A stretch of DNA of 64,000 nucleotides from the human T2T-CHM13v2.0 reference genome, Homo sapiens (GCF_009914755.1 NC_060927.1); one strand, 5' to 3'. Shown: positions 19,969 to 36,435, counted from the stretch's first letter. Numbers and translations: made by a program. Notes: a model not told the origin generated them from the sequence alone.

Positions 19969-21022
19969 AAAAATAGTGAGGAAAAGCACTCAATTCATTT
20001 TATGAGGTTATTATACTTTTGTAACAAAGCTATTAAAAAAAGACCAGTATTTCTCATAAATACAGATTTAAACATTCTAAATAAAATGTTGTGTGTGTGT
20101 ATACATATGTACATTATATATATATACATACATTATTTATATATATATATTTCCCCCTCACCCCATGGCCAAGATTAATTGATCCTAAGAATAACATACA
20201 ATCAATTAAGAGGAAAAAATATGGTCAATGTAATAGATACAGAAAATAGAAAGCACGTTTGATAAACCTTATGCATTCTCATACTTACTCATTTAAGGGG
20301 AAAAATTAGCAGAATTAGTGTTAGGAGGAGCAAGTTGCTATTATATAAAGTGTTCCTTTTATAGATGACATTTGAGTAGAAGAGGTGAAGGAAGAAAGCC
20401 AGGCATGCTGATATCTGGGGGAAGAATGTTAGGAATATAGACTTTAAGATGGAAGCATGGGTAAGGCTTTTCAATTTATGTAGAAACAACCAACCAAACT
20501 CTTAGCACCTATGGATAGAAGACAATACTCTTAACTGCACAAAAAGTATCTATCAAAATCTTACAAACATTAATGATGAAACTTTATTACACTATATTGT
20601 CACAACCATTCTACATTCTACTGGACCTACGAGACAATGCAATAAGATGAGAAATAATGGAAGGTATAAAACTTACAAAGACATTCCAAAGCAGACCTTA
20701 TTTGCAGTCAACATATTTGACTACATAGGAAATCTAAGAGAATCTACATGAGTTAATCAGAAAGTCATTGAATGCTGCTAGATCCAAGATCAATATAAAA
20801 AAATTGTATTTCTATATACCAGTAATAAGCAAATTGCAACTGTAATAGATAATGGTATATCATCAACAATGGCAATAAAACTGTAAAGTGTTTAGGAACA
20901 AATCATACCCTTTAGATTAGCAAATTAAGTAGTTAATTTAAAAGATTGAATACAATGTGGATAAATGGGAACTTTCATATACTGGGAATGGGAAAGTAAA
21001 TTAATGCAACTGCTTTGGAGAA

Positions 21023-21812
<790 letters not shown>

Positions 21813-22111
21813 ACAGAATGTTCAGCACACATGCTCAAGGATACTTATGCAAAAATATTCATTGTAGCTTTTCAAAACAATAAAGATTTGATAACAAAGT
21901 AAATGAATATCACAGGAAAATACTATGGTTGTGTAGCAAATAAAATAAATAAATGAACTACACTTATGTATATCAATTTATGTGATAAAAGCAAGTTTCA
22001 CATAAAAAAGAATAGTGCTTAATATAAAGTTTAAAAGCATGAAATCCAATATTATAGAGATACATGTGTATGTAACAAAACATAAAGTACGATGAAAAGG
22101 GGTAAACATTT

Positions 22112-22453
<342 letters not shown>

Positions 22454-25042
22454 TTAATGCCAGAAAGGGATTTCTTATGGGCATGGGAGGAGGAAAATGT
22501 TATAGGAGTTTACATATATTTGTAAAGTATCCCTTCTTTTAAAAGATTTGAAATGACCAAATGTTAATGTTTGATAAAGCTATTAGATACAGGTATTCTT
22601 TTAAGTATTCTGAGCTTTTGATATATTTTATAATATTTTCAAAAGTGAGATGATCTTCCAGGAAGCTGACATTTTTTATCTCATGGACCACATCTAGTGT
22701 TGCAGAACTTAGGGTTTCTGCCCAGTGAGTACTCCAATTCTCTCTTAGTTCTCTATCTCCCCTTTGGGAGTTAGTTTGGTCAAACCTGTGTAATCACCAG
22801 GGAAGCACAACAAAAGCCAGCTATTTATTTGTTCTCCCTATGGCTTTTCTTTTTTTTTTTCCCCCTAACATGAATTAAAACTCGTGTTCTGGTTTCTATC
22901 CCCATGACGTTGCTCATCAATTGACATTATTAAGCAAATACTTCAAGAACTTTGAAATTTCTCTTCCAATTCCTCAGGGCGTGGCGATAATTGTGAGTGG
23001 AAAGACAGTGAGGTGGGATTACCAGGCAAGCTTTTGTTTTCTTCTTGATTGAAAGGATTTACTCCTCTTTTTAGCTTCTCATTGAATCGTTTCTTTCTAA
23101 CAAGTATCTCACAGCTTTTCTCTCTCTTTTCCTAAAGCACAATTTAATTTATTTTTATCTGATAAGGCATTTTTTAAACTTCCCTTCTATGTCTACTCCA
23201 CATAGAACAACTTTGCTTATCCTACAGAACCTTTGCGTCCTCATTTTACCTTCCTCTGCAACTCTTGAGCAAGCCCCGCCCTTGTCTCCACGCCCTCCAT
23301 CTTGGTCTCCCAGATGTCTTTGTCTTTATTATATTTTCAAAAGTGAAACAAATCAGTTAAGAAGACAGTGATATTTCTGTCTCTCGAAAACCCATTTCCT
23401 TGGCCTTTCCTTTCTCTTTGTTTGGGTGGGAATAGGACAATTTTTGATTTAAAAAACTCAGAGTTCCCAGCTCAAAATCCTCCCTAAAGTTAATTCATTC
23501 CTGCCCAGTTTTATGTTCAAAAATCCTGTCCTTGATTTTTTAGGCAGCATACCTATGATTAAGCATACACAGTGAATATCCTTTTACATATGAATCATGC
23601 TTTCCAATGTATATTTCTTTGCACATTAATTTTTTCCCCAATAGTTCTGTGAAGTAGACAGGACAGAGAGAATTGCCCTCATTTTACTCCTGAGGAAGCA
23701 GAGGCATAGAGACATTTACTCCTTAGAGTTTGTCAGCTGAAAAAGGTAGACTTTAATTGAAGTCGATAGAAGCAGGACAGTTAGGAAACGGAAAAGCCCG
23801 GCTGCCAGGGGTTACGGACACAGGCAATTCCCTATGAAAGTGCTTTCTTCACTTGCCTTCACTCACCAGATTTCCTTGAGGCAGCGGGTGGGTGAGTATG
23901 CCTGGTATGATAAAGGTTCACTCCAATACATGAACAGAAAGTATTTCAGTTCAACAAAAGCAGAGCCTGGGAGAGAAACCCAGGGGGTTTACACCAATTC
24001 TGGAAGGAGGCAGGAAACAAGCAGAGGGGAAAAGGACAGAAGGAAAGTGAAGGGGGAAGGAGAGTAAGTGACAAAGGAGGAAAAGGTGTGAAACAATTTG
24101 CTCCTAGTTTATGAAAATTCCTCTTTGAAAATGAGATAAAGAAGTAATTATTTGCATCACAAATTAACTCTTCACTTCAAAAGAGTAGTTACCACAGGTG
24201 TGATTCTGCAATGTGAGACTTTAAAAGAACATGACTTGGGAGAGGTGGGAGATTTAAACAATAAAATCCTGATTATAATATAATAGGAAATAATTCCAGT
24301 GATAAAGGGGGAGACAGCTAAAGAAGGAGGTGGTTATACAGGGAGCTCTCTGCAGAGCTCAGGCTTTGAAAAGGACATGAACAGAAAGCAAAGGGAGGGG
24401 ATTATAGATAAGCTTGAACACAAAAGACTATCATGAACCTTCAAGAACAGAATAAAGGAGGCTAAAGCTGAGCTTTACAAAAAAGCGCTAAAGGCTGCAT
24501 TACTTAGAGTAAAGAGAAGCACAAACATGGAGCAACCTGCTCTTTGAGGAAGTAAGGTTGTGTAATGTCAACAGAAGTTCAGCAGTGCTTACTTTTTTTT
24601 AGTGTTCATTTTGCTTCTGTCTTCTCCTAGGTGCAAAAAGTAGTTGTAACTGACATTTCTCTTAGAGAGAGACTGTATTTGCGCAGAAGGAGCACACTGA
24701 TATTATCCCACTAGGGAAAGGGACAGAGATCCCCAGAGTCTCAGCCTCAAAGATAGGAGAAGACTTAGGAGCTCCCTGGCCACATTTGAGAGAAAGATGG
24801 TGAAAAGCAAGTATAGGAGCAACAAAACCAGGAAGACAGTGATCTACCACACCCCCCTTCCCTGCTCTGCTCAAATCTTGTGTAATTCTTCTAAAACTTG
24901 TTAATTGCTTTGTGTGAGTGAATTTCCCATGGAAACAGAAGATGAAACTCAGCTTGGCTCCCTAGGGCACATGGTGAAAATGACAGCCAACTTTCAGATT
25001 AAGGAGCCAAAGGAAAGAGACGTAAGGATATACAACCTTCAA

Positions 25043-25344
25043 TTTTTTCTTTGTTTGTTTGTTTTGAGACAGTCTTGCTCTGTCACCCAGACTGGAGTGC
25101 AGGGTGCAATCTTGGCTTACTGCAACCTCTGCCTCTCGGGTTCAAGTGATTCTCCTGCCTCAGCCTCCTGAGTAGCTGGGACTATACACACATACCACTG
25201 CGCCTGGCTAATTTTTGTATTTTTAGTAAAGATGGGGTTTCACCATGTTGGCCAGGCTGGTCTCGAACTCCTGACCTCAAGCAATCCACCCGTCTCAGCC
25301 TCCCAAAGTGTTGGGATTACAGGTGTGAGCCACCGCACCTGGCC
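25043..25344 (-). mobile_element. Alu lacking an evident TSD
   Basis: Alu consensus; its 5' flank duplicates the flank of the Alu at 32514-32804. Confidence 0.85.
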
Positions 25345-26276
25345 TGGGGTCTGGTATTTTAGGACAAACGAATAACATGGCTACATCCAAAGAAAAGCGA
25401 TAATCTGTTGGGAATTACAGCAAATGGGAGAGGTGCCTGAAGGCTGAAAACTTTTCACAAAGGGGAACAGAATAGATTCTATCAACTAGAGAGCAATAAA
25501 CAAGCATTGACATCTATTCCACTGCAAATGATTAATTCAAGACTAAGCCAATCATGGTATTCCATTCACCTTGCTAGGATGGATTGCTGCTGTGATTTAA
25601 ACCTGGTTAATAAGATAAAAGGGGGAGTTTTGGGAGTATTGGGCAAAGAAATTACATGAGGAGAAGAGTGGTTCTGCAGTTACTGAGCATTGTTGTGACA
25701 GATATGACTCCTAGAATGGCTCCATCATTACTTATGGAGGTGAAGGGTGGGGAGCCAGCTCGAGAGCAAAGCAAACCTCTGGAGTTAGCAGACGGGAGAT
25801 GGAAAGAGCTTGAATCCATGATGACTCTGCTAAGCCACTGAATCTGCCAGTCTGAAGCTCATACTTCATATAGACTTCTTCATGAGTGAGTAAAATAAAC
25901 CTCATTGTTGAAGAAAATCTGAGTCAGGGTTTTCTGATATTTGGGGCAAAGACATATTCTAACTGATACAACGATATATTTAGCTGAAAGAGTATGTGAT
26001 ATTCTGTGCAAGTCCTACAAATAGCGTATGACACTGACTCTGACCCTTAGGATTTAGGCCTCAGTGTTTTTTCAATAACATGACAACATTCCCTTTAATA
26101 TATTCTTCCATTTGGAGATAATTCAAATCTCAAGGGAAGTCTAAGACAGTAGCTATTGTAATTAAAATTCAGTGACTAAGCAGGCTGGAATGCTAGGATA
26201 AAACCAACAAGTCGAATAGATGATGAATACAAGATCCAGCATTGGTTCCAAAAATCTACATCCAAAGTTCAAGACC

Positions 26277-26580
26277 AGGCACGGTGGCTCATGCCTGTAA
26301 TCTCAGCACTTTAGGAGGCTGAGGCCGGGGGGATCATCTTGAGGCCAGGAGTTCGAGACCAGCCTGGCTAACATAGTGAAACCCTGTCTCTACTAAAGAA
26401 TACAAAAATTAGCCAGGCGTGGTGGCACCCACCTGTAATCCCAGCTACTCAGGAGGCTGAGGCAGGAGAATCACTTGAACCTGGGTGGAGGAGGTTGCAG
26501 TGAGCTGAGAACACGCCACTGCATTTCAGTCTTCATGACAGAGCGAGACTACGTCTCAAAACAAACAAACAAACAAAAAT
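26277..26580 (+). mobile_element. AluS-like element
   Basis: Alu consensus; TSD-like caaagttcaagac / aaaagttcaagac. Confidence 0.85.
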
Positions 26581-28983
26581 ACAAAAGTTCAAGACTTGGT
26601 TTAATATAACTTTAGTGGAAAACATCTGAGAATTTTAGCTGAGCACATGTAGCAGATGTTATAGTCTACTGCCTATAGTCTTACATCAAAACTAAGGCAG
26701 TTATTCCCCCAGCTGAGGGGAGTGTTGGTGGCTTATGGCCAGTGGCTCTCAGCTAAGTCCCTGTCCAGGACTGGTTCTCAGCTGAAGAGAACCATCCCTC
26801 TTAGGTTGTGCCTCCTCCCTGGAGACAGATACTTCTTATAACTCAGTAATATGGGCATATAAAAGCCTGTTTTGTATGCCTAAAGCCAGGACAAGTTTGA
26901 AGGGCTATCCCAGATCCAGAGACCCCTATGGGACTGCCAAAGTCCTTGTTACAACTGACTCAGAGTCCCACTCCTCTTCTGCCCAGTCTTCCTTTATCCT
27001 ACGTGAGTGTTGATCCTCAAGTTCCGATAAACTTTCTGCATGTGAATCTCCAACTCAGAGTTTGTGTTTGTTAGGGACCCATGTCATCATGGACCTCCTG
27101 TTGAAGTGAGGTCATATGGGAGCCAGGTAGTACATGTAACATTGGCTTAAGTGTGACTCATGGTGGGTCGTTTTCTTAGTTCCCAAATGTGTAAATTCCA
27201 ATTTGTAATTGGGATGGACATATGTAGCAGTTGGCTGAACATCGTTGTGTGCTTGACCCTGGAGAACTAGTGTAACGGGGAAGGCCAAGTGGGAGCTTCT
27301 GAAACTTCCCCTCAAGGCAAGATAATAAATTTTAAAAATGACGGTAGATGGCATGACAGAAATTAGGGTGACCATTGAAGATCTAGAGAATTCAGGGCTG
27401 ATGGTCTCCACTAATGCATCAGTCTGTCCCCTCCAGACCCTGGAGGATGACAGTAGACTGCCACACAGCCAACTAAGTGGTAGCCCCTAATTGCAGCTGT
27501 GGTGCCAGATGTGATGTCTTTAACATGGCCTCAAGTATATACTATGAGGCCATCAATCTGGTGTGTTTATGTGTTCATTTCCATCCCTATCAGTAAGGAA
27601 GATCAGAAATTCATTCACTTGGGAAGAACAAAAGTTTACATTTACTGCCTTGCCTCATGACTATACAGATTCTCCCATCTGTGGATATAATACTGTCCAA
27701 AGGAAGCTGGACCACATGGACATTTTGCACAACTTTTCATTAGTTTGCTACATCTGTAACATCATATTAATCAGACCAAGTGAACAACTGGCAAGGGCTT
27801 TGGAAGCCTTGGCTAGACACATATACTCCAAAGGGTGGGAGATTTTAAAAAATACTATAAAGATTCAGAGACTTTCCACATTAGTAAAATTTTTAGAGGT
27901 CCAGTAGGCTGGGGAATGCTGAGACATGCACTTCAAAGTAAAGGACAAATTATTGTAACTTGCATTTCCCATAACTAAGAAGGAAACCCAGCACCAATAA
28001 GCGTCTTCTGGTTCTGAAAGCAGCACATTTCACACTCAGAGACACTACTCTAGCACATACGCCAGCTGAAACATGAGTCTACCAGATTTGGAGAGAGCCC
28101 AGAGCAGGAAAGGGCTCTGCAGCAGGACCAGGCAGTAGTGCAAGCTGCTCTGTCATATGATGATTTTGGTCACATGATGTGGTAGAGCCTACAGTATAGG
28201 AGGTATCATTGATAGAAAAAGGCTGTGTACATTTTATGGCAGGCCTCAATAGGCAAACACAAATAGACCCCTAGGATTCAGAAGCAAGACAAGCAATTTG
28301 CAGCAGAGAACTATACGTTTAGATAAATATTCCTGGTGCCCTACTGGTTCCTAGTAGGAACACAGCACCCAACTATGGGATGCCAAGGGTCCACACAGCA
28401 AGGACTGCCCATTGCGAATTCTGACAGACCCCCAAATCATGAAGGCAGGCAGGCCTACCAACAATTGTAAGGAAGGAAATGATACGTTTGGGATCAGGCA
28501 TTAGCAGAGCCAGAGAGCACAAATAAGTTGCACGCATATGTGGCCCAGACTACTAGGTCATCCATCACATTTGCACTGATGCCTCACCCTTAGCTCACAC
28601 TTACGGCAGCATAAAGTGAGGGCAAAAGCTGAGTTTGATTTATGTACGGGTAAGATTGGAATGTAGTAGCAAGCTAAAAATAGACTATTGCTATATAACA
28701 GGACCACATCCTTAGCGTGTCCCAGAAAATTAGGGATGAGAGAAATTCTTCCTAATGGATAAAGCATCAGATGGTGCCTTTGTCGAGAGAAATACTCTGA
28801 GATAAGATATGTATCACTTATAGGCAGTAGTGAATTATTTGGACAGTTGACTCTATACAACCTGGGAAGTAGAATGTCTTAGCCAGTTGATGTCAGCCAG
28901 CTCCTATCAGTGCTGGCACAATAGGCACATTAATGGACCATGGGTAAGGAATGGAGACACCATCCTAACAAGACTAATTGACT

Positions 28984-29283
<300 letters not shown>

Positions 29284-29849
29284 TAATTGACTTTCTTAAT
29301 CAGGAGAAGATAGCTCTTCTCTTACATGATGGCGACAGAAAAGAATACTCCCTTGCCTAATTTTGATGATAAATGGATAAGTACAACAACCATGACTGAG
29401 AAACAGTGGTGGTGATGGAAGCTATTTATAGGCCCAACAACACGTGCTCTCACTTGCTAAGGCTGATCTAGTTACTGCCACTGCTGAAGATCCAGCCTGA
29501 CAGCAACAGATACCATCACTGAGTCTCCAGTATGGCTCCATCCCTCAAGAAGACCAACCAGCTTCTTAATGGCAAATTATTCTTCTTAATGACAAAATGG
29601 GTCCTTTCCACCATGTGATTCCACCCTGTGATTTTGATACGAATGGACACTTATCCTATTCATACAACTTCAGCTAGACAGTGCCTATGTAGCATTTGAT
29701 CCACTGAAACAGGATCCTGCCAAACATTGCATTGGACTAAAGTAACTGCTTATGTTAATGGAAGTTTAACCTTAATTACTTCCTTATAGGCCTTAACTCC
29801 AAATACAGTCACATTGGGGGTTATAGATTCAACATATGAATTTTGGAAG

Positions 29850-30918
29850 GCTCTTCTTTTCCCAGAATTGTCTTTGCTGAAAATCAATTGACCATAAATA
29901 TAACGATTTATTTCTGGACTGTCAATTCTGTTCCATTGGTCTATATGTCTTCTTACTGCAAATACCATACTGTTGATAACTGCAGCTTTATAGTTAGTTT
30001 TGAAATCAAGGATTAAACATTCTCCAACTCCTTTCTTCCCACGCATGGAAAATCACTGATCTCTTTTCTGTCTCTACAGATTTACCTATTCTAGGTACTT
30101 TTCTTTTTAAACAGTGTCTTTTGGCTATTCTAGGTCTTTTGTACTTCTATGTAAATTTTACAATCTTCTTGTCAGTTCGTGATGAAAAAGGCTGGTGGAA
30201 TTTTGAGAGGGATTGTGTTGTCTATATATCAATTTGTAGAAAGTTGCCATCTTAACATATTGAGTTTTCAAATCTCAGAACATAGAATGTTAGAGGTCCC
30301 TGTTCTTTTTTAATTTTAAATTTCTTTTCATAATTTAAACATTTTTTCTATTGAGGTAAAATTCATATAGATAAAATTAACTATTTTAAAGTGAACAATT
30401 AAGTGGCATTTATTACATTCACAATATCGTACAACAACTACCTCTATCTAGTTCCAAAATATTTTCATCACCACAAAAGAAAACTGTGTACCCATCAAAC
30501 AGTTACTCCTCTTTCCTTTTTCTCCCAACCTCGGACACCACAGTCTTCTTTCTGTCTCTATGGATTTACCTGTTACTCTGAATATTTCATATAAATGAAG
30601 TCATACAACATGTGACCTTTGTGTCTGACTTCTTTCGTTAGCACAGTGAGTGTCTTCAAGGTTCATTCACATTGTAGCATGTATCAACTTCATTCCTTTT
30701 GATGACCAAATGATATCCTATTATATGTATATACCACAGTTTGTTTATTCATTGATGAATATTTGAATTCTTTCTACCTTTTGGCTATTGTGAATAGTGC
30801 TTCTATGAATATTTGTGTATAAGTACTCATTTGAATACTTTTTTTAATTATTTGTGGTATATAACTAGAAATTGAATTGCTGGGTCATATAGTAATGCTA
30901 TGTTTAACCTTTTGAGGT
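29850..30918 (-). mobile_element. Old L1M fragments inside the ERV-L
   Basis: ORF 29750-30046(-) LDFKTNYKAAVIN...RHIDQWNRIDSPEIN..IYGQLIF is an L1 ORF2 remnant, followed by L1MB-type 3'UTR sequence. Confidence 0.75.
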
Positions 30919-31234
30919 AAAGATCCTTGTTCCCATATGTCCTCTAGGGCATAAAAATCCCATTAAGCTCTAAATTATGGTTTCCACCTAGTCATTTGGA
31001 GCTCCTCATGCCAGGAGACAAACAACCAACATCATGGAAAGGATAATTAAATCTTGATCTTCAGGAGAAGGTAGGAATGTTGTACAGTGGGAAAATGGAA
31101 GAATGCATTTCGTACTTGGGTGATTCACTGAGGTGTCTCTTTACATCTCTTTGCCTAATTTTGATGGTAAATGGATAAAATGCAGCAACCATAACTTGAG
31201 AAAGTCACCATGTCTCTCAGAGCCACTCCACCAC

Positions 31235-31801
31235 TGTGATGGCTAATTTTAGTTATCAACTAGACTGAATTAAGGGATACCCAGATAGCTGGTAAAGTAT
31301 TATTTCTGGTATGTCTGTGAAGGTATTTCCGGAAGAGATTGGCATTTGAATCAGTAGTAAGGAAGATTCCTTTTTACCCAACATGGGCAGGAACCAGCCA
31401 ATCAACTGGGGATCCAGATAGAACAAAAAGGCAGAAGAAGGGTGAATTTGCTTGCTTTCTCTTCTGGAGCTGGGACACTCATATTCTCCTGTCCTTGGAC
31501 ATCAGAACTCCAGGTTCTCTGGCCTTCGAACTATGGGATTGCAGCCGTGGTTTCCTAGGTTCTCGGCCTTGGGCCTTAGGCCCAGAGTTATACCATCAGC
31601 TCTCTTGGTTCTCAGGCCTTTGAACTTGGACTGAGCTAAGCTACCAGCTTCTCTGGTTTTACAGTTTACAAATGGTGTATTGTGGGACTTCTTAGCCTCC
31701 ATAATTGTGTGAACCAATTTCCATTATAAATCTCCTTTCATGTATCTATATCTACACATATCCTATTAGTTCTGTTTCTCTGGAAAACCCTGACTAATAC
31801 A
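31235..31801 (+). mobile_element. Solo MLT2-family (ERVL) LTR
   Basis: TGTGATGGCTAATTTT...CCCTGACTAATACA; 5-bp TSD ACCAC at 31230-31234 and 31802-31806. Confidence 0.85.
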
Positions 31802-32485
31802 ACCACCTAGACCAGTAGAGTGCTAGTCAATAGTGAGGAGAATCTGGAATAGATCGTAGAAAAGGGTGATGATGAGAATTACTTTGGCTCTAAGACCAGC
31901 TGCTGTGACAGAGACTACAGTTTGTCCCACTAACCTTCTCCAGGAAGAGATACCAGCTAGATTCCTGATAAAGCTGTTTCTAGCATTTATTATTTGAAGA
32001 AACTAGAGCCAAGTGGCATATAGTGTAGACTACAGTGGATGCTGTGATGTGCTACCAAGATCTTACTGAGGAATTTGTTCCCCCAGTTGTTGGGAGTGTT
32101 GACAGCCAAATGTTTTCAATTGAAGAGAGCTTCTTTGTCTAAGCATGCCTTCTGCCAGAGGCAGCCCCCATTTAATAACTGTCTGGGGCCATAAATGCCC
32201 AGCCCTCTACAGAGCTCCCTGTGGGATTGTCTGAGTTCTCTGTGTGACTGCATTATAGTACAACTCTTTCCTGTGCTGAAATCTACTTCCTTCAGTCTCC
32301 TATAGGTGTTGATCCCTAAGGCGTACCTCATTAAACTTATCCATTCTCCATGCAAATCTCCTTCTCAGAGTTTCAATGAGCCCTAAAAAGTCAATGCAAT
32401 TTGAGTTGGGTCATTAAAAACTGAATATTCTAATCATGGGAAATAATGAGTTCATGGCACTCTGAACTGGTTACACAACATTTAG

Positions 32486-32804
<319 letters not shown>

Positions 32805-34513
32805 TGGGGTCTAGTATTTTAAGACATACTAATAACATGGTTACATCCAAAGAAAAGCAACCAAGATGGATAGTGTAAGAAAATATTACATCAAGTAGAG
32901 GTAAAGCAATGGAAGCTTTGGAGAACTGTTTTAATCCCACAAAGACTGCGATGAGGAGGAAAGAATAGAGATTTCTGTGCTAGAGGAGAGAATAGGAACC
33001 AAAAGGAGGATTTTATAAGGCAGCAGATTTGGGTTTAATGAAGAGAGGAATTTTCTAAAGGATGACCTGTCATGTGTCTTAGGAAGAAGTGAGCCAGCTT
33101 CTTAATACAGCTAGATGATCATGGGTCAGAGATGTTCTAGAGAGAATTTCTGCAATTACTAGCAGACTGGGCTCAAGTCTCTTCCAACTTTCAAATCCAA
33201 CGATTGTAGGTTGTGATAAATTACAGGCTTCTTGAAAGTCTTTCATATGGAGTCTTAGGGAATCTGTCCAAGCATAATAAAAGACTCAATTATATCAGTT
33301 TTTCTTAAAGAGAAAAAATACCCCCATCACTATTAGTCAGTCTGGACTGGTGCTGCATGAAATAGGATAAATACAGGATTTTCCTTTTTCACTTTCCCCA
33401 ACTCCAATGAGTTTGCTATTAAATTCCTTTTTTTAAGACACAGAAGCAACAGATTGTCTTTGTACAGGTTTACTTTTTATTAGTAAACATATTTACAGGT
33501 TTTTAGGGCTCAGAAGATAATTCATGTCCTTCTAGAATTATTTTTAGCCTGTCTTATCATAGCCTTAGGAATCCAGACTTACCATATTTACTGATAAGAA
33601 AGTTGAGCTTTAGTAAGTTTATAGACTTGACCCAGGCCATCAAACAGACTACACGCCAATGCTGGAAGCTGACATCTTGTATTCTGAATGAAACAGCCTT
33701 TGCACATTTCCCCTAGTCATCCAAATTCCAAGTTCTCTTGCCTGTCATACCACTCTCACTATATTTTATGGATTGAATTGTATCTGGCAAAAAGATTTGC
33801 TGAGGTCCGAATGCCTGGTCTTTGATCCTGTGTTGAAAAAGGGACTTTGCAGATATAATCGAGTTAAGATAATGTAATATTGCGTTAGGGTAGGCCCTTG
33901 TGATTAGCCTCCAGAACGGTGAGAGAATCAGTTTCTGTTGTTTTAAGACATCCAGTTTGTGGCATTTTGTTATGGCAACCCTAGGAAACTAATAACACCA
34001 TATCCAAGGCATTGCACCCAGGCAGGAAGAGATGGAATAAGAGGAAGGGGTGTCAGGCTCAGATTTCACAAGGGACAAAGACAGAAAGTCTTAAAGAATA
34101 GATGTGTTCTGCTCCTCATTTTCTGGCCGGAAGAGGAACACAGTACCCAAGTTAGTCTTTAGCAAGCAAGTATCTGCCACCATCAGCCTGGGTATTAGAG
34201 CATAACATACTTGTGCACTGCACTGTGTAAGCAGGAGAAGGTGCCCTGTTAGGTACTATCCATTTTTCTAACAATCAGACTACAAAGTCAGCCAAGTATC
34301 CTGGGCACGTATAGGGAATAAAAGACAACAGAAAAATCAGATTTTCTGTGAGAGATTGAAAACACTATGCCAAGTAAATAGGCTCTGGGTGGGCTGTGAA
34401 CTAGACAGATATGATAGGAGTAGTTGCTTAGGGTGAAAATAATAATCACAAGAGTACCAATGATAATAATAATCTCTTACATTTGGTAGGGCTTTACAGT
34501 TGACAAAACACTT

Positions 34514-34916
34514 CTGCTATGGTTTGAATGTTTGTGTTGCCTCCAAAATTCATGCTGAAACTTAATCTCCAATGCAACAGTATTAAGAGGTGGGACCTTC
34601 AGGAAGTGATTAGGCCATGAGGGCTTTGCCCTCATGGGTGGGATTAGCTTCTTATAAAAGGGCTACAGGGATCTACCTGTGCCTTTTGCCCTCTGCCATT
34701 TTACCACACGAGGACACAGTGTTTACCCCCTCAGGAGGACTCAGTAACAAGGTGCCATCTTAAAAGCCGAGACCAGGCCCTCACCAGACACTGAACCTGC
34801 CAGCACCTTGATCTTAGATTTCCCAGCCTCCAGAACTGTGAGAAAATAAACTTCCATTATTTATAAATTTCCCAGTCTGTAGTATTTTGTTACAGCAGCA
34901 AGAATAGACTAAGACA
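34514..34916 (+). mobile_element. MaLR LTR (MST/MLT1A type)
   Basis: tgctatggtttgaatgtttgtg...aatagactaagaca. Confidence 0.75.
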
Positions 34917-34976
34917 GCTTTTAATATGTGATTTTTATCTAATCTTCAAATATACTAGTAAGGAAGATCGGGCTGT

Positions 34977-35115
34977 GGCTGGGCGCGGTGGCTCAGGCCT
35001 GTAATCCCACCACTTTGGGAGGATGAGGTGGGTGGATCACCTGAGGACAGGAGTTCAAGATCAGTCTGACCAACAAGGTGAAACCCCATCTCTACTAAAA
35101 ATACAAAAAAAAAAA
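34977..35115 (+). mobile_element. Left-arm-only AluS with TSD
   Basis: Ends at ctactaaaaatacA(n); TSD AAGGAAGATCGGGC at 34960-34973 and 35116-35129. Confidence 0.8.
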
Positions 35116-36435
35116 AAGGAAGATCGGGCCTTCAGGTCACTGTTTTACTCACGAGGAAACTGAAGCTCATGGAGGTTAAACCACTTGCCCAAAGTAACTT
35201 GTCTGTGCTAGCACTAGAATGCCAGTCTTTGACTCATTTCTGTTCATTTTCTTTCCCACAGGGTGGTCAGAACCACCCTGGGTTCAGCCCAGCTCCCTCT
35301 CTGGGACACATGTATCCTTGGAGGCCTGTAGCCACCACTCACTCCTCTCAGTGCCCTGCAGACTATACACAAAGCAGGAGTCAATGCACAATAATGGAGA
35401 TGGGGTGATTAATTGAGGTGAGGGTGGGTGGAACAAGAGGTCCCAGGTCTTGTGCTTGGCACGAACTCTCTGGTTCTGCCTCTGCCAATGTGTGCTGCAG
35501 ACAGCTAAGCTGACACTGGCATCACCTGCACTGAGTCTCTGTGTCATGAGGTAGTCATGGAAACTCACTCCTTCCTAAGGTAATGAGGAGACAATTAGGT
35601 AGAAATGAGAAATCGAGTTAATTGCTTGTCATCCCCTCTCTGCTCTCTGTGTATTTATTCAAATTAAGCTTTTTCAGTTTTCTAGTGTCAGCAGATACCA
35701 ATGATCGGAGCACAGGCTTGGGAGCCAGGACCTCCAGGAAACAGCCAGTACTGCATGAATCACTTGCCCTTCCTGCCTCTTTGTTTAGTCCTGACCCAAG
35801 CATTCAGGAAAACAAATCTCTTTGCCTGACCTCCCTTGGCTTCTGACCGAAAGTCTCTGAACTGACTTAATTTTAACCATCTCTGGCTCCACATGCATTC
35901 AGCTAGTCATTCCTCTTCTTTTAGAGAAAAAGGGAGGAATTCAAATTAAATTCTACATTTGTGGAAATCCAGTGTAACTCAGAGAGATGTAGTTAAATAA
36001 ATCAGTGATGGACGTTTTGTGGTGTGTATTGTCCGCATGGAAGGTAAGGAGGCAAGACCTAGAGGTCATTTGTGAGTAGGGCCCCCATAGGCTCAGCTGC
36101 CACTTGAGCAGAGCAGGAAAAGATCTGCCAAGATCACACCCTTTCCTTCCCTGTCCTTTCCGTAGGGTCTCTTCTCTACAGCAAGATGGAATTATTTGAA
36201 ATTCCTTTCATGGTCCTTGCTTCTACTTATCTTTAGCTCTTCAGAGGTCTGCTCTGTCTAGAATGCCTTTCCTACTTTTTTATTACATCTCAACCCTGGC
36301 AATACTTGTCCAAGAAGCCTTCTCAAGGCTGAATATGGGGCTTCCAAGTTCATGAATTTCAAGAATTCGTGGGTTTCCAAACACCATGAATTCTCTTTTT
36401 TATAGACAACAAGGAGTTCATCACTGTACGCCTAA

